Shown here piece after piece: positions 13,785 to 26,445 of a stretch of 64,000 bases of DNA. The stretch spans positions 158,534,001 to 158,598,000 of the forward strand of contig NC_043000.1 of assembly GCF_006345805.1 (NCBI RefSeq), given 5' to 3'. Below the pieces are notes generated by a model. The model worked only from the letters and a program-made list of their open reading frames with translations. It was not told the origin of the DNA and ran no database searches. The position numbers and the translations under genes were made by a program. This DNA comes from Octopus sinensis. Its lineage: Eukaryota. The first letter of the stretch is position 1. Every line of letters starts with the position of its first letter.

Positions 13785-14401
13785 CAATAATAATAATAAT
13801 AATACATTTCATGCGTTCTTGAATGACTGTTTCTTCTACGAGCGACAAACGTTTCCATGTAACTTAGATTTAACCTTTCTAAATTGAACCAAACGGCACG
13901 TACTCTCCTTGTGATAATTACCAAATTTTCACATTACAAATAACAGTCTACGTATACGGGCTTAAGAGGAATGACATCAGAACTTGGGATACCATGAAAG
14001 TGCATGCAAACTTTCCTGCAAATGTTAACAGTCACAAGCTCATGCATGTATGTACACTGACAATCCATAATAAAGTACAAGCTGAGAAGTGATATGGTAC
14101 AAATCTCACAGGTTGATTACAATCAACTGTAGGCACTGATAAATAAAAAGTAATTAAAACTTATATACAAGGTTTAATTACACATGCACGCGTGCGCGCA
14201 GGCTTATACTTTGATATTTGTTTTCAGTTATGATCAAAATAATTTTACGTTAATCTGAAGGATTTCTCATCCCTCGAATATAAATTTATTATTCTGGAAT
14301 AAGGATAGTATTGACTTTTCGGCCAGTTATCATCGGACTGTGATGCATTTAAATATATATTGGCTCCATATAATCTCTGTTCATGCATACATACAAATAC
14401 T

Positions 14402-14436
<35 letters not shown>

Positions 14437-14458
14437 TATATATAATATATATATATAT

Positions 14459-14871
14459 GTTGTGCAAGAATTTTTATGTGAAGTCGTGTGTTGAAACAGA
14501 TATTGTTATATTTCGGAATGGTCATATTGCCAGTTTAGCCAATAAACAGAAGATACAATATTACAGGCATCCCCCCACATACACACACTAAATAAACATA
14601 AACGCACATAGAGATATAAGCATGCGCAAATGAAAACATACAATACAAATACAAAATGGCTGACGGTTAGTAAGGAGAGACACAAATAAGAAAGAAGAAA
14701 ACAAAGGACCACTGATGCGGTCACAGGAGTGTGACGAAAGAACTCTGGCCGAAATAAGATTAAGATTAATGTAAAATATAAATAATACTGAAGCAAAATA
14801 ACACCAAATATATAGTGCGTGTGTTTTTATTGGCTAAACTGGCAAAATGACCATTCCGAAATATAACAATA
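14459..14871 (+). mobile_element. Penelope-like pLTR remnant with ~47-bp inverted repeat and degenerate hammerhead
   Basis: ATATTGTTATATTTCGGAATGGTCATATTGCCAGTTTAGCCAATAAA at 14500 is inverted at ~14826-14872. At 14707-14750: gacca-CTGATGC-g-gtcaca/ggag/tgtgac-GAAA-gaac-TC-tggcc. (TA)n on both sides. Confidence 0.6.
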
Positions 14872-15049
14872 TATATATATAGATATATATATTTATATAT
14901 ATATATATATATGTGAGTGTGTGTATTTAATTGCCTCAGTTACTCAGTAATCTCTTTAAATCTCAAAATACATACCGCTTGTAAACCCATAATTTTTTTT
15001 TTTTTATTTGGTTTCAGATTTTGGCACGAACCCAGGAATGTTGGGAAGA

Positions 15050-15222
15050 GGGTAAGTCGAGTTCATCCCCCTCAGTGTTCGACTGGTACTTATTTTATCC
15101 ATCCTGAACGGATAAAAGGCAAAGCCGACCCCGGTGGCATTTGAACTCGGAATGTAAATTTGGAAGAAATGCCGCTAAGCATTTTTTGCCGGCGCAGTAA
15201 CGATTCTGCCACTTCACCACCT
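15050..15222 (-). mobile_element. SINE family B (Deu/Nin-like core), diverged
   Basis: Homologous to the copy at 63071-63292. Confidence 0.8.
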
Positions 15223-15561
15223 TTTCTATAAGAAATTTGACAGATTAGTTTGGAAGTATATTGCATATTGCTGGCAGATGTCTCTTAACTAAAAGAGAAT
15301 TGGCGTTGTTAACAATGTTTGTTCTCAATAAATTACTGTACTACAGAATATATCTACAAAATATTAAATCTCTATTTTTTTAAACCAGCGATGTTTGTAT
15401 AGACAGACGTAAATATACCTTATATCTGTATACAGTATCTTTATAGTCAGTAAAAGAAAGAACGTCGTAGGCAGGTGATATGCATCTCCACACGTTTCAA
15501 GTAAACATCTTATTAGTACAGACATTATTTTCAGTTTTATACTCAGCTAGTAAAATATATA

Positions 15562-16110
15562 TTGGGTGGTTCGGAAAGTTCGTGCCGATTTATAGTAGCT
15601 TGCATTTCGACTTATTTTAGAACATGGTTGAGTCCATAAAATCGGATTTGACTACACCTCCATTTAGAGCACAGTTTAAGCTATCTTTTCGTGGAAGAAG
15701 GTTTATGTTCCTATAAACTGTGTTAATTCTGTAACCCTTTAAAATGGGAGCAGCACTTGATGCTTTGGGAACCAGACAAAATTTGCTGCTGCTCGGCTGG
15801 GATGCGTTACCCCACCCTCCATATTCACCAGATATTGCTCCTTCGGATTTCCACTTATTCAGGTTTCTGTAGAATAGTCTTAATGGTAAAAATTTCAATT
15901 CCTAGGATGACATAAAAAGATACCTTGATGAATTATTTGCCATGAAACCACCTCAATTCTGGGAAGAGGGTATTTTCATGTTAAAGGAAAGATGGAGACG
16001 AATTGTGCAACAAAATGGTTCATATTTGGTTGATTAAAAATGCATTGGCATGTATTTATTGACCTTTTCCTTTCCTTTAAAAATCGGCACGAACTTTCCG
16101 GACAACCCAA
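15562..16110 (+). mobile_element. internally deleted mariner with both TIRs and TA target duplication
   Basis: TTGGGTGGTTCGGAAAGTTCGTGCCGATTT at the left and AAATCGGCACGAACTTTCCGGACAACCCAA at the right, both flanked by TA. Retains only GWDALPHPPYSPDIAPSDFHLF...GIFMLKERWRRIVQQNGSY. Confidence 0.93.
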
Positions 16111-16345
16111 TACATTAAATCTTTCATACCCCAATAAATTTAATTATCTTTTACTTATAAAACCTTTAGCACAATGGAATCCGTATTTCAAGGGTGCTTT
16201 TCGTGTTTGTTTCCTGTGAGAAAACGCAAACACCTCTTTAGTACTTTTCTTTTTCAACCAGCATAGTGTTCCACTTCGCTTATCTTCTTTCTTTCTATCT
16301 TTCTTTCTGTCTGTCTTTCTTTCCTTCTGTCTGTCTGTCCTTTTT

Positions 16346-16397
<52 letters not shown>

Positions 16398-16466
16398 TCG
16401 TTCTTTCTTCCTTTCTTTCTTTTAGCTGTTATCCCTGGCGTTCGTTGCTGCTGCTGCGGCAGTAGT

Positions 16467-16516
<50 letters not shown>

Positions 16517-16741
16517 GTAATTTTTCTCATCTCTTTTGCTTTTCCTACTGGATTGTCATGTTCTTATACCTCTATGTCTCACAGATATATAGACACATAC
16601 CTGCATACGTACGTAATTCAGTCGGAAATAAAAGTTGAACGTGATCAAGAATAGCTATTATAAAACGCTATGATACTAATAGTACATCACCGTCTATTTT
16701 CTCTATACTGTAGACATATGGCCTAAAATCTTGAGGATGGA

Positions 16742-16890
16742 GACTGATCGATTACATCAGCTCCAGTGCTCAAATGGTATTCGTTTTTTCGACCGCGAAT
16801 CTATGAGAGACAAATTCAACTTCGGCCGAATTTCATCTCAAGCGTAAAACTAGAAGAAATGTAGCTAAGTAATTTGTACAGCGAACTAGT
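16742..16890 (-). mobile_element. SINE family B, highly decayed
   Basis: Partial similarity to family B (GATTACATC..CCAGTGC..TGGTA..TCGACC). Confidence 0.55.
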
Positions 16891-17059
16891 TACCCTTTCG
16901 CTTTCTCTGTCTTGAATTGTTTTATTTTTATTTTTATTACAGAGTGGAAGTAAATACTTTTCTTAAGACAGTTACTTCTGAACATGCGAAGATCAGGCAA
17001 TATAGTAACAAGGCACAAGGCATTGAGCTGGCAGAATTGTTACCAACATGAATCGAGCC

Positions 17060-17662
17060 CAGTACTTATATTTTGAATCAGGTACTTATGTTATCAGTCT
17101 CTTTTTGCCAAACCCGCGAAGGTACACTAGACGTGAACACACCAGCACCGGCAGTGAAGAGTTGTTAGGGGGACAAAAACAGACACAAAAGCACACACAT
17201 ACACACGCACGCACACACACACACACACACGAACATATGAACACAGGAACACAAGTACACACTCACGTACACACTCACGTACGCACACACAAACACACGA
17301 ACACAAGAACAATCACAGACATGAACACACATACACGCGCACACAGGCACTCACACACCAACAGACACACACACCCACACACAAACATACGGACACACAC
17401 ACGTACACACACACAAAGACACGAACACACGAGCACACACACGCACACAAACAAACACACACATGCACGCGTTCGCTCACACACATACAAACACACACAA
17501 AACGCACTTTCTCCAGCTTCTATAAAACTGATCTACTCACAAGGCTTTGTTCGGCTCAAGGCCATAACGGAAGACACTCACCCAAATGTCAGAAATTGGG
17601 ACCTCAACCCAGATCCAAGTTATTGTGGAGCAAACTTCTCACAACACAAGCATTTCTGTGCC
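17060..17662 (-). mobile_element. SINE family A, decayed, with expanded (CA)-rich centre
   Basis: ACACACCAGCACCGG..GGGGGACAAA and ACTCACAAGGCTTTG..GAAGACACT..CCCAA blocks flank ~330 bp of degenerate (CA)n. Confidence 0.7.
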
Positions 17663-17989
17663 TTCTATACATGCACGACTTACGTTGTTCAAATTGTTTC
17701 TGATACAGAGCAAAATGCCCTTGCTACAGTGGACACATATGTTCATCATACCAATATTTGAATCTACATGGAGTTTTTTTTTCTCCTAGGCTGCTTATGA
17801 ATATCATAATCAGTCCGTCCAAGAGGCGTAAATCTGAGTATAAGTCATCTCTTGATACGAACACAAACGCGTACGCACACACTCACCCCCCACACACACA
17901 CACACAAACGCGTACGCACACACTCACCCCCCACACACACGCGCGTACACGCGTTTATATAGAGATTTAAGGAAAACAACAGGAATATA

Positions 17990-19269
17990 TCAGGTCATCT
18001 CATAAGTCTTGTCCGAATTTTGAATAAAGAAAACAAGTGTTCAAATGTTATATTTAATTGAAATTTTATAATCAATGTACTTTCCTTGATTATCTATGAT
18101 TTCTTTCCATATATTTACCGGCTTTCTAATCGCACCAATGTAAAACTCTTTTGGTTTCAAAGCGAAGAACTCTGAAATGTCAGTTTCGACCTCCTCCTGG
18201 TTTGCGAACATTATGTCTCCTAAATGATTCAGAAAACTACGAAACAAATGGTAGTCTGAAGGAGCAAGGTCGGGCGAATATGGTGGATAAGGAATTTTTT
18301 CCAAACCAGGCTCTTCGATTTTCTGTCATGTGATCTTTGCAGTGTGGGGTCGCATATTGTTCTGATGAAAAATCACTCCTTTTTGATTCACTAAAGCGGT
18401 TCTTTTTTCTTCAAAGCTTGGTTCAAACACTATAATTGCTGACAGTAGACTTGAGCATTTTTTGTTGAATTAGGTGATAACAATTCAGAGTGACTTACTC
18501 TTTTGCAATCCTACCAGGCAGAGAGAAGAACCTTTTTTCCATGAAGTTCCCTTCTCGGTTGTGGTTGAGCATTTTCCCTTTTACCAAGCCACTGTTTATG
18601 CCGTTTAACATTTCGATAGAACGTTTTTCTTCACCAGTCACAAGTCTATTCAAATAGGGTGAAATAATTTCTCGAGAATGAAGAGAAGAGCAGATGTTAA
18701 CTCGGGATTTGCGTTTGCTTTTGGAAAATTCACGATGCACCCATCTTCCAAGTTTAGAAATCTTTCCAAGTTGTTGAAGATAACGATGAACAGTTGCTAT
18801 GGTTAGAACTAAGCTTTATTGCCAATTCTTCAACTGATAATGCAGGATTTTCTTCAAGTAATGCCTTAAGGAGCTTATCATCAAACTCAACAGGACGCCC
18901 TATTCGATCTTCATCTTTAAGGCTGAAATCTTCACTTCTGAATTTTGCAAACCATCTTCTGCAAAGTTTTTCATTAAAGCACTCTGTTCCATAAACTGAG
19001 TGTATGTTTCGAGTCGTTTCGGCTGCAGACTTTCCTTTTTTGTACTCCTAAAACATTATGTGCCTTAAATGCTCTTTGGATACTTCCATCTTAGAAAGGG
19101 TTTTAATCAAATATATTTTAATTATACTATTCTGTAAAATAATAATTAGTTTAAATGTACACAAAAGCATAAAAATAATTTTTAATTCCATTAGACACTC
19201 TAAAATACTATTAAATTTCATTCAGTTTACAAGTAGGTACAATTGGACAGAGTTTTGGGGATGACCTGA
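17990..19269 (-). mobile_element. full-length decayed mariner (1280 bp)
   Basis: TIRs TCAGGTCATC.. and ..GATGACCTGA with TA flanks. Pseudo-ORF from 19089: MEVSKEHLRHIMF*EYKKG..RRWFAKFRSEDFSLKDEDRIGRP..GRWVHRE..RLVTGEEK..PYSPDLAPSDYHLF. Confidence 0.93.
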
Positions 19270-20920
19270 TACGTGTTTGCCCTTCTCATTCATTGTATAC
19301 CGTCGAACTTCAGAGATATAACATTATCATAACGAACGCAATTTTCAATGATTTAACCAGTTCGCCTTGTTTCCTTTAAATCTAATGCAAAGCATATTAA
19401 TTGTTAAGGTATCGTTCCGGAATTTGAGTTTTGTATTTACTCAGTAAGAGAATCGTCCAGCAAATATAATATAGTTTACTTTTGAAAAGTGCCAGTCATG
19501 CTCCATTAAATGATAGGATAGTAACTTAGTAGCTAGCAATCAGGTCAACTATGACGTTCTGCGAGATTTAGTTTTAGATTTCGAAAATTATTTGCTTTTC
19601 TTTTTGTAAGAGAGAAATTATGCATCTATAACTGTAGCCTCATACACTCCGCCATTACATGCGCACAATTATACTTCAACCTGTGTTGATACATATATAC
19701 ATAAGCACACTCAAATACTCACGTTCAACTATACATAATTACACACACACATACACACTCTCATAAATATATATATATATACAGATACACATACGCACAC
19801 ACTATATATATATATATACGTACATATACATATATACTTGAATACTTCTGCGTATATATGCATAAATATATTTATATGTAGGTATTATGTATAGATAAAT
19901 AGATGCACGCACACAGACATACATATATTCATTCCTGCGTGTATGTATGCATGTAAACATATATGGTCACTTGCTAATGCGCACGCATATACGCGCGTGC
20001 GTAGACACTTTAAATGGACACGTCAACTGGAAGTAGTATCGATATCACTAAATATTTTATGAAAATAATGATAAAATATATATTATATTCACCTGGGAAT
20101 GCTGATGCTAAAACAAAAATGGAATAGGAGATGGAAGTGAGAATGGTATTAATGCTCAATGATGAACAGTAGAGCCGAAAGCGGTGAGGAAGCGAGGAGA
20201 ACAATGAAAATGGCTGTGGTGGTGGTGGTGGTGCTGGTGGTGGGGATTCTATTAACCAGAAAGACAGATACGAGTTTGTGAAATGAGAAGACACTAATGA
20301 GATGATAAGTGATGTATACTGTATGACAGAGATACGATAGGAGTTAAAATAGAGTGAGATGGCAGAAAGTCAAACGCAAATGAAGAAGTAGAGAGAGGTA
20401 GAGATAAAGAAAGAGAGAATGAAAGAAATAGAGAGAAAGAGAGAGTGAGAGAAAGAAAGAGAGAGAGGGAATGAGACGGGGACAGAAGGATATAATGACC
20501 AAGATAGATTTTTTAAAATTTGGGATAAAATGAAATGCTGCGGTTAGCAAACAGTGGTAGTTCAGAAACAGGTTCTGGCTGCGAAAGAAAATATTTGCAC
20601 TTATTGCTGTTGAGTCCTGACCCAACTCGGACTGATTACGAAGAGCTACGCTTTCATATGCCGCAGTCCTATAATTTTGCATTTAACATAGATTAAGAAT
20701 GAGCATTCGAAAGTGTTTGAGAAAAATTTGTGGCGGATGGAAAAGAAAAACAGCTATAGGTGTATCTACATGGGCAAACAGAAAGAGGGGGCGAGTGATG
20801 AGAGTGTAAGTGTGTTAATGTGTGTGTATGTGTGGAAAAATTGTTTGTGCGTTATGTGTGTTTGTGTGATAGGTAATGAAAGAGACATCTATAAAACCAT
20901 TTAAACTGATCTCGGTAATC

Positions 20921-20952
<32 letters not shown>

Positions 20953-21052
20953 TTGTGTGTGTGTATGCGTATGTGTGTTTGTGTGTGTGTGTGTGTGTCT
21001 GTGTGTTTGTGTGTATGTGTGTGGTTGAAAAGGAACACATGAGTTGATATAT

Positions 21053-21890
21053 ATGGAAAAAAGTAAAAAAAGTCAAGGTAGAAAATGCTAAAATAATTTT
21101 GTAAAAAGCATTTCAGCACCGGTTTTAGCCATCAAGATTTTTGGAACTGTAAGTATAGAAAACAATTAAATGTTGGAAGAATTAAAAGAAAAGTTGTTTA
21201 AAAGAATATTTGCATAGTATTCAAATACAAAGGGTATTTCCTTGTTTCTGCCTGTCTCTCTCTCTCTCTTGTTTACTCTATGGTTTCGAGGTCGTTGTGA
21301 ATTCTTGGTAGGGAAAAAGAAGAAGAAGGAGGAGGAGAAGAAGAAGAAGAAGAAGAAGAAGGAGAAGGAGGAGGAGGAGGAGGAGGAGAAGGAGGAGAAG
21401 TTAGAAAAATAATGCGTGAGTGCCATGATAGTAGTAGGATGTTAAATGGTCAAGTGCCCTGAATCAAGTCACTTTCAGGTCACTTGACCATTTAAAATCC
21501 TACTAGTATCATGACACTCCCGCATTCCTCCTCTTCTTCTCCCCCCTTCATTCTTCTTCTTCTTCATCTTTTTCTTCTTCTTCTTCTTCTTTTCTTCTTC
21601 TTCTTCTTCTTCTTCTTCTTCTTCTTCTTCTTCTTCTTCTTCTCTGCCAAGAATTCACAACGACCTCAAACCTAAAAGAGTAAACAAGAGAGTCAGAGAC
21701 AGGACGAAACAAGGGAAATGTCCCTTATATTTAAATACTATGTAAATATTCATTTAAAAAATCTTTTAATTTTTCCAAAATTTAATTGTTTTTCATATTT
21801 ACAGTTGAAAAAGTCTCGATGACTGAAACCTGTGCTGAAGCTTTTTTTAAAATTTATTTTAGCATTTTCTACCTTGACTATTTTTTCCAT
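21053..21890. repeat. ~840-bp imperfect palindrome with (GAA)n/(TTC)n arms and variant hammerheads
   Basis: Arms 21053-21463 and 21474-21890 are reverse complements. At 21802-21837: cag-TTGAAAA-agtc/tcgat/gact-GAAA-cctg-TG-ctg. Confidence 0.9.
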
Positions 21891-22781
21891 CCAACTCCTT
21901 CACCTGCACTTCTACCAATGTCATCTACTGCATCTCCTGCTCTCTCTGCCCTTGTCGGGATGCTGCATGGCTGACCGGTTCGCAGAAGACCTCCGGGACA
22001 TCCAACTTGGCAATGACAACGCGGTCTCACGTTATTTTCGCTCTACCAGTAATTCTTTGCAACTATTGCCTGTGCTCGGATTGTCCTTGCATAGGGGTCA
22101 TCCGGACTCCCGTTTGCTCGGTGAACAGGGATTAATCTTCTCTCTTCGCTTCTTTGCGCCACATGGGCTCAACTCTCCTTCTCCCGCTCACACCTATTTC
22201 CTTCCACCCACTTCACCTCTCTTGCTCTGACTCCTACTTCTTCTCTTCACTCCTACACTCCTCTCTTCTGTTCAGTCTTACCCATCTAATCATTCCCCCT
22301 TTCATCGTCACCTCTCCCTCGTAATCCCACCACTACACAATCCATCCCCGCCTTCCCTATCCATCACATCCTACCTCATCTCATTCCTTACATCCACTCC
22401 CACATACTGCACATCTACCCCATATCCACACACCTACACATACACACTCGCACACGTCAAGGTCACCAGCCCTCTTCCACACGCACATACATACTCTCTT
22501 ATACACACGCACGCGCACCTTCATTTTGGGATCATCACTACTTTATTATCTCCCCTTCTTCCTAGCTCTCCTGCGTGACACCTCTGTCCGGCATTCGCCA
22601 TGATAGATCGCTAGCCACCACATATTCTTTATTTTCTTTCCTTGCTTCTTTCTATGTTCGTTTCTGCGGAAGAGCGTACTCTCGAAACGTTAAAGACTCA
22701 TTCACTTCCCGAGCTTTAAACTAATACATCTGTTTGTAGTCCACACCACCTGCCTTCGTCTTTTATTTTTTTGTGAATTCT

Positions 22782-22785
<4 letters not shown>
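21887..22785 (+). mobile_element. Penelope-like element 3' part: GIY-YIG endonuclease remnant plus pLTR with hammerhead-like motif
   Basis: SFTCTSTNVIYCISCSLCP, then after a frameshift ADRFAEDLRDI..VSRYF..VLGL..R..EQGLIFSL..APHGLN. At 22661-22693: ttt-CTGCGGA-a-gag..ctc-GAAA-CG-TT-aaa. Ends in (TA)n. Confidence 0.85.
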
Positions 22786-22839
<54 letters not shown>

Positions 22840-22930
22840 GTTATATATACATATATGTATTATGCATATATATACATACATACACACACACACATATATA
22901 TATTCATACATACACACACACACACACCAC

Positions 22931-22989
<59 letters not shown>

Positions 22990-25900
22990 GCAGTCTAATT
23001 GACAGGCATACAAGAAAATACAGTAATATATTGTGACAAATTGAAATAGTTTGGGGGTGACATATTAACTAAGGCAGAAAAGAGAGATATACAGAGCGAA
23101 TTGAAACAAGACAATAATAAAAACCAGAGTAAGTAAGTGAGTGAGAGAGGGAGAGAGAGAAAGGGAGAATGACAGATAGACAGACAGTGGACGGGATAGA
23201 AAATGGTGTCATTAAACAGGTAAATGCAAAGGGATAGAATGACAGATGCAGAGAGGAATAGCCACACAGATAAATATATATTGAAACAACATAGCAGAAT
23301 GGCAGGCGTGAATCAGTAAGAGGACCAAAAACACAATAATAAAAATAATAATTAACAGGAAGTAACTTAAACACAGACAGGGAAACAGGGAAAGAGAAGT
23401 TGGAAAGAAAGAGTGGGTGAGTAAGAGAGATGTTGACAAATTGTGTGGCGGAAAAGGCAGAATACAGAGCTGATAGAAAGCAGACAGAGAAAGTAATGGG
23501 CATAAACTGAGACAATATGGCAGGCAAAGACAGATATGTATCGATTGTAGATTGGACAAATTATGAATTATTCAAATACTTTTTACACCAGTCGTGCAAG
23601 TGACAATATTATTTCAAAAGCACTTAGACTAAATGAACATTCAATGCATAGAAACATTCAGTTATGCATAGTGGCATACGAACGCACACGCACAACTACA
23701 CGCATGTCATCCCAGGCGCACAAACACATATATGCACACATAATCAAAGACAGACATAAATGCACATACATGCAAACATTCTTTATATGTCTGACTATAT
23801 ATATATATATTATATATATATATGTATATATAGTCAGACATATAAACGCGCTCGCAAGGGAAAAATCATGCGCAAATTAAGACACAAAGGTACAACGAAC
23901 ACAACTTTGACAAACGTATACGCATGCGTGTGCCCCGCTCCCACTGGCAAATTTAAAATGCATGATTCTGAATCAAGCTGTTCTCGCTCTCTCTCTCTTT
24001 CCATATATATTATATATATATATATCTACATACATATACATATATACATATATATATATTGTATTACACTATTGTATATGTATATCATTCAGCTACTACC
24101 GTAGTTGAATAATATTTTTAACGCCGCAGTTTACTCACACGCAGTATATTTCAGAGTTTGTCTCCAATTCAGTTCTTAACCATATTGAAAACTGTTTACA
24201 TTTTTGAAGAGAGCTGGTTCCTAGTTACATTTTGACATAAGAAAATTAAGATTTGATCGAGTAGAAAAAAGTTTACATAAAAATTATAGGAGAGTAAGTA
24301 ACACCACCAATCAAGTTGAGATCTAAATTACTTTTTATTTTAAAAGCAAAGTATATCTTAGCTTCAATGACAAGAAATCATGGAGAATTTTATAGTTTTC
24401 GTAGGGGCAGATCCACTGTAAAGCTAATGAAGCATAAGCACCCCCAAATTCACCTCCCCATTTTTCAATTTTTTAGAATTTACTTTTGGTGAAATGTGTA
24501 GAACAAAATTGAAATTGTGATTTTTTTTGCAGATTCGGAATCTCAGAAGTCGAAAAAGTGGGTTTCTCTAGAATCCCACCCCACCAAAAATACGAGAAGG
24601 GGTGTGATCCATGTCTTTACCTCCTCCCAGGGCTTTAAGAACGCCATATAGACCCCTCATAACATTATATATAATTTTGGAATTTCCAGACATTTTTTGC
24701 GAATGTTATTCTGTACATAGGACTTGATACGATTATGCAAAAAACAAAAAAAGTACACTGTACGGGTTCGTGATTTAAGGCTTGTTTACCTGTTCTTTTT
24801 AGCATACTTCACAACCACCTCAATGACAAAAAAAGAAAACGAGTAAACAACACATAGTTTATAGTTTTAAGCATTTAATATGCATTTAATGCGATAAACA
24901 GGACATTGCAAATTAAATATTTCTCAAAGTAAGAAACTTATAGCACAAAGTTAAGATTTATCCAAAAACAAATTAGCAGATTAGAAATTCAATATTTATA
25001 ATAAAATAAAGCAAACAACTCCAATCTTAACTAAATAACGGGGCAAGTCTTCTGCATGAATGTAGACCAACCCCCATAATTAAAGTGTGAATGTTGACAA
25101 AACACCCTCGGTTATATTTTTCGGTAATTTTTCGTTTTTTCCCCTTTTACATGTTTCAGTCATTAGTCGGTTGCCATACTGTCTTGGAGAGTTTTAGTTG
25201 AACGTATCAACCCCAGAAATTTGTTTTCCGTTATACTTATTGCAGTTATTAGACTACGACCAGGATGGGGAACCATGTTGTAGTATTTTTAGACGACTGT
25301 ATGGAACCCCGAATTATTTTATAAGTCAAGTCAAAACCACCTCAGTGATATATTTCGTTTTTTTTTGTGTTTTCTTTTCCTATGTACTTGTTAAATCATT
25401 AAACTGCAGTATTCTGGAGAACTGCCTTGAAGAATTTTTAGTCGAATGTATCGACCCCAAAATTTTTGTTAGGTGATTTTCAACCAGCGCTTGAATTTGA
25501 GCCTAGAATGTCTCTCCACATGCTAGAAATAACAGCCAAATCTCTTGATTTTTTTTTTAGAATTTCACATAAACGAAAATAAAACAAAAACAAAATTTTG
25601 GGAGAGGTACGATATAAGTGGAGAGATTTTAATTGTTTTAGTGCAACTGGAATGTGTTTGAGAATGTCGAATACAATAAAATATCGAAGGGTGGGACAGC
25701 TATTCCGTCCCAGAAAAATACTTCAACATTTGGAGGACTTGTGATTGAGCCTACTATTTAAATATTCATGACTTTCCTTATTTTTTGATATTTTCAGAAT
25801 GTTTTTGCGAATTTGTGTTTATCTTTGTGGTTTTCGTCACTGTTTGCAATTATCTTAAATGTATTTTGGTAATATAACATATAGATGTGATTTTTAACGC

Positions 25901-26094
25901 TGAATCCGAATTTGTTATACATTTATTCCAGAAAAATGTTACAGCTGTTCAAACTTTGATTTTCAGAATTCTGAGCCAATAAGAAAGCATCTCTGTTGAG
26001 ATTGACCTGTGGTATGTCGGTGGTGTCTATTGGAACTAAACATATATTTATCTAACATACTCCTGTAAATTTATTTGCAATGTATACCGCTACA

Positions 26095-26445
26095 TGTGTG
26101 GTAAGAAGTTTGCTTCCCAGCCATATGATTGAGTTCAGAATTTTGGTAAGTGTCTTCTGCTATAGCCTCGAAATGACCAAAGTCTTGTAAAGGGATTTAC
26201 TGAACGGAAACTGAAAGTAGCCCGTCGTATGTGTGTATGCTTGTGTATATGTATGTGTATGAGTGTGTGTTTTTGCGTAGATGTTTGTCCCCATCCGCCG
26301 TTTGACAACTGGTGTTGGTGTGTGTCGTCCTTAGACTTAGGGCTTCGGCAAAGATCCAATAAAATAAGTACCAGGCTTAAAATACATGCGTATTGGGGTA
26401 GATTCTTTCGGCTAAAATTGACGAAGCTTTGCAGTAGTATAGCTA
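26095..26445 (+). mobile_element. SINE family A, diverged
   Basis: TGTGTGGTAAGAAGTTTGCTTCCC..GGAAACTGAAAG..(TG)n..TTGACAAC..AATAAGTACCAGGCTT. Confidence 0.8.

Noticed and set aside
17048-17761. 237-aa His/Thr-rich ORF
   Set aside because: Read-through of a decayed SINE and its (CA)-rich centre.
24402-24660. Harbinger-like MITE starting AGGGGCAGATCC
   Set aside because: No convincing matching inverted end.
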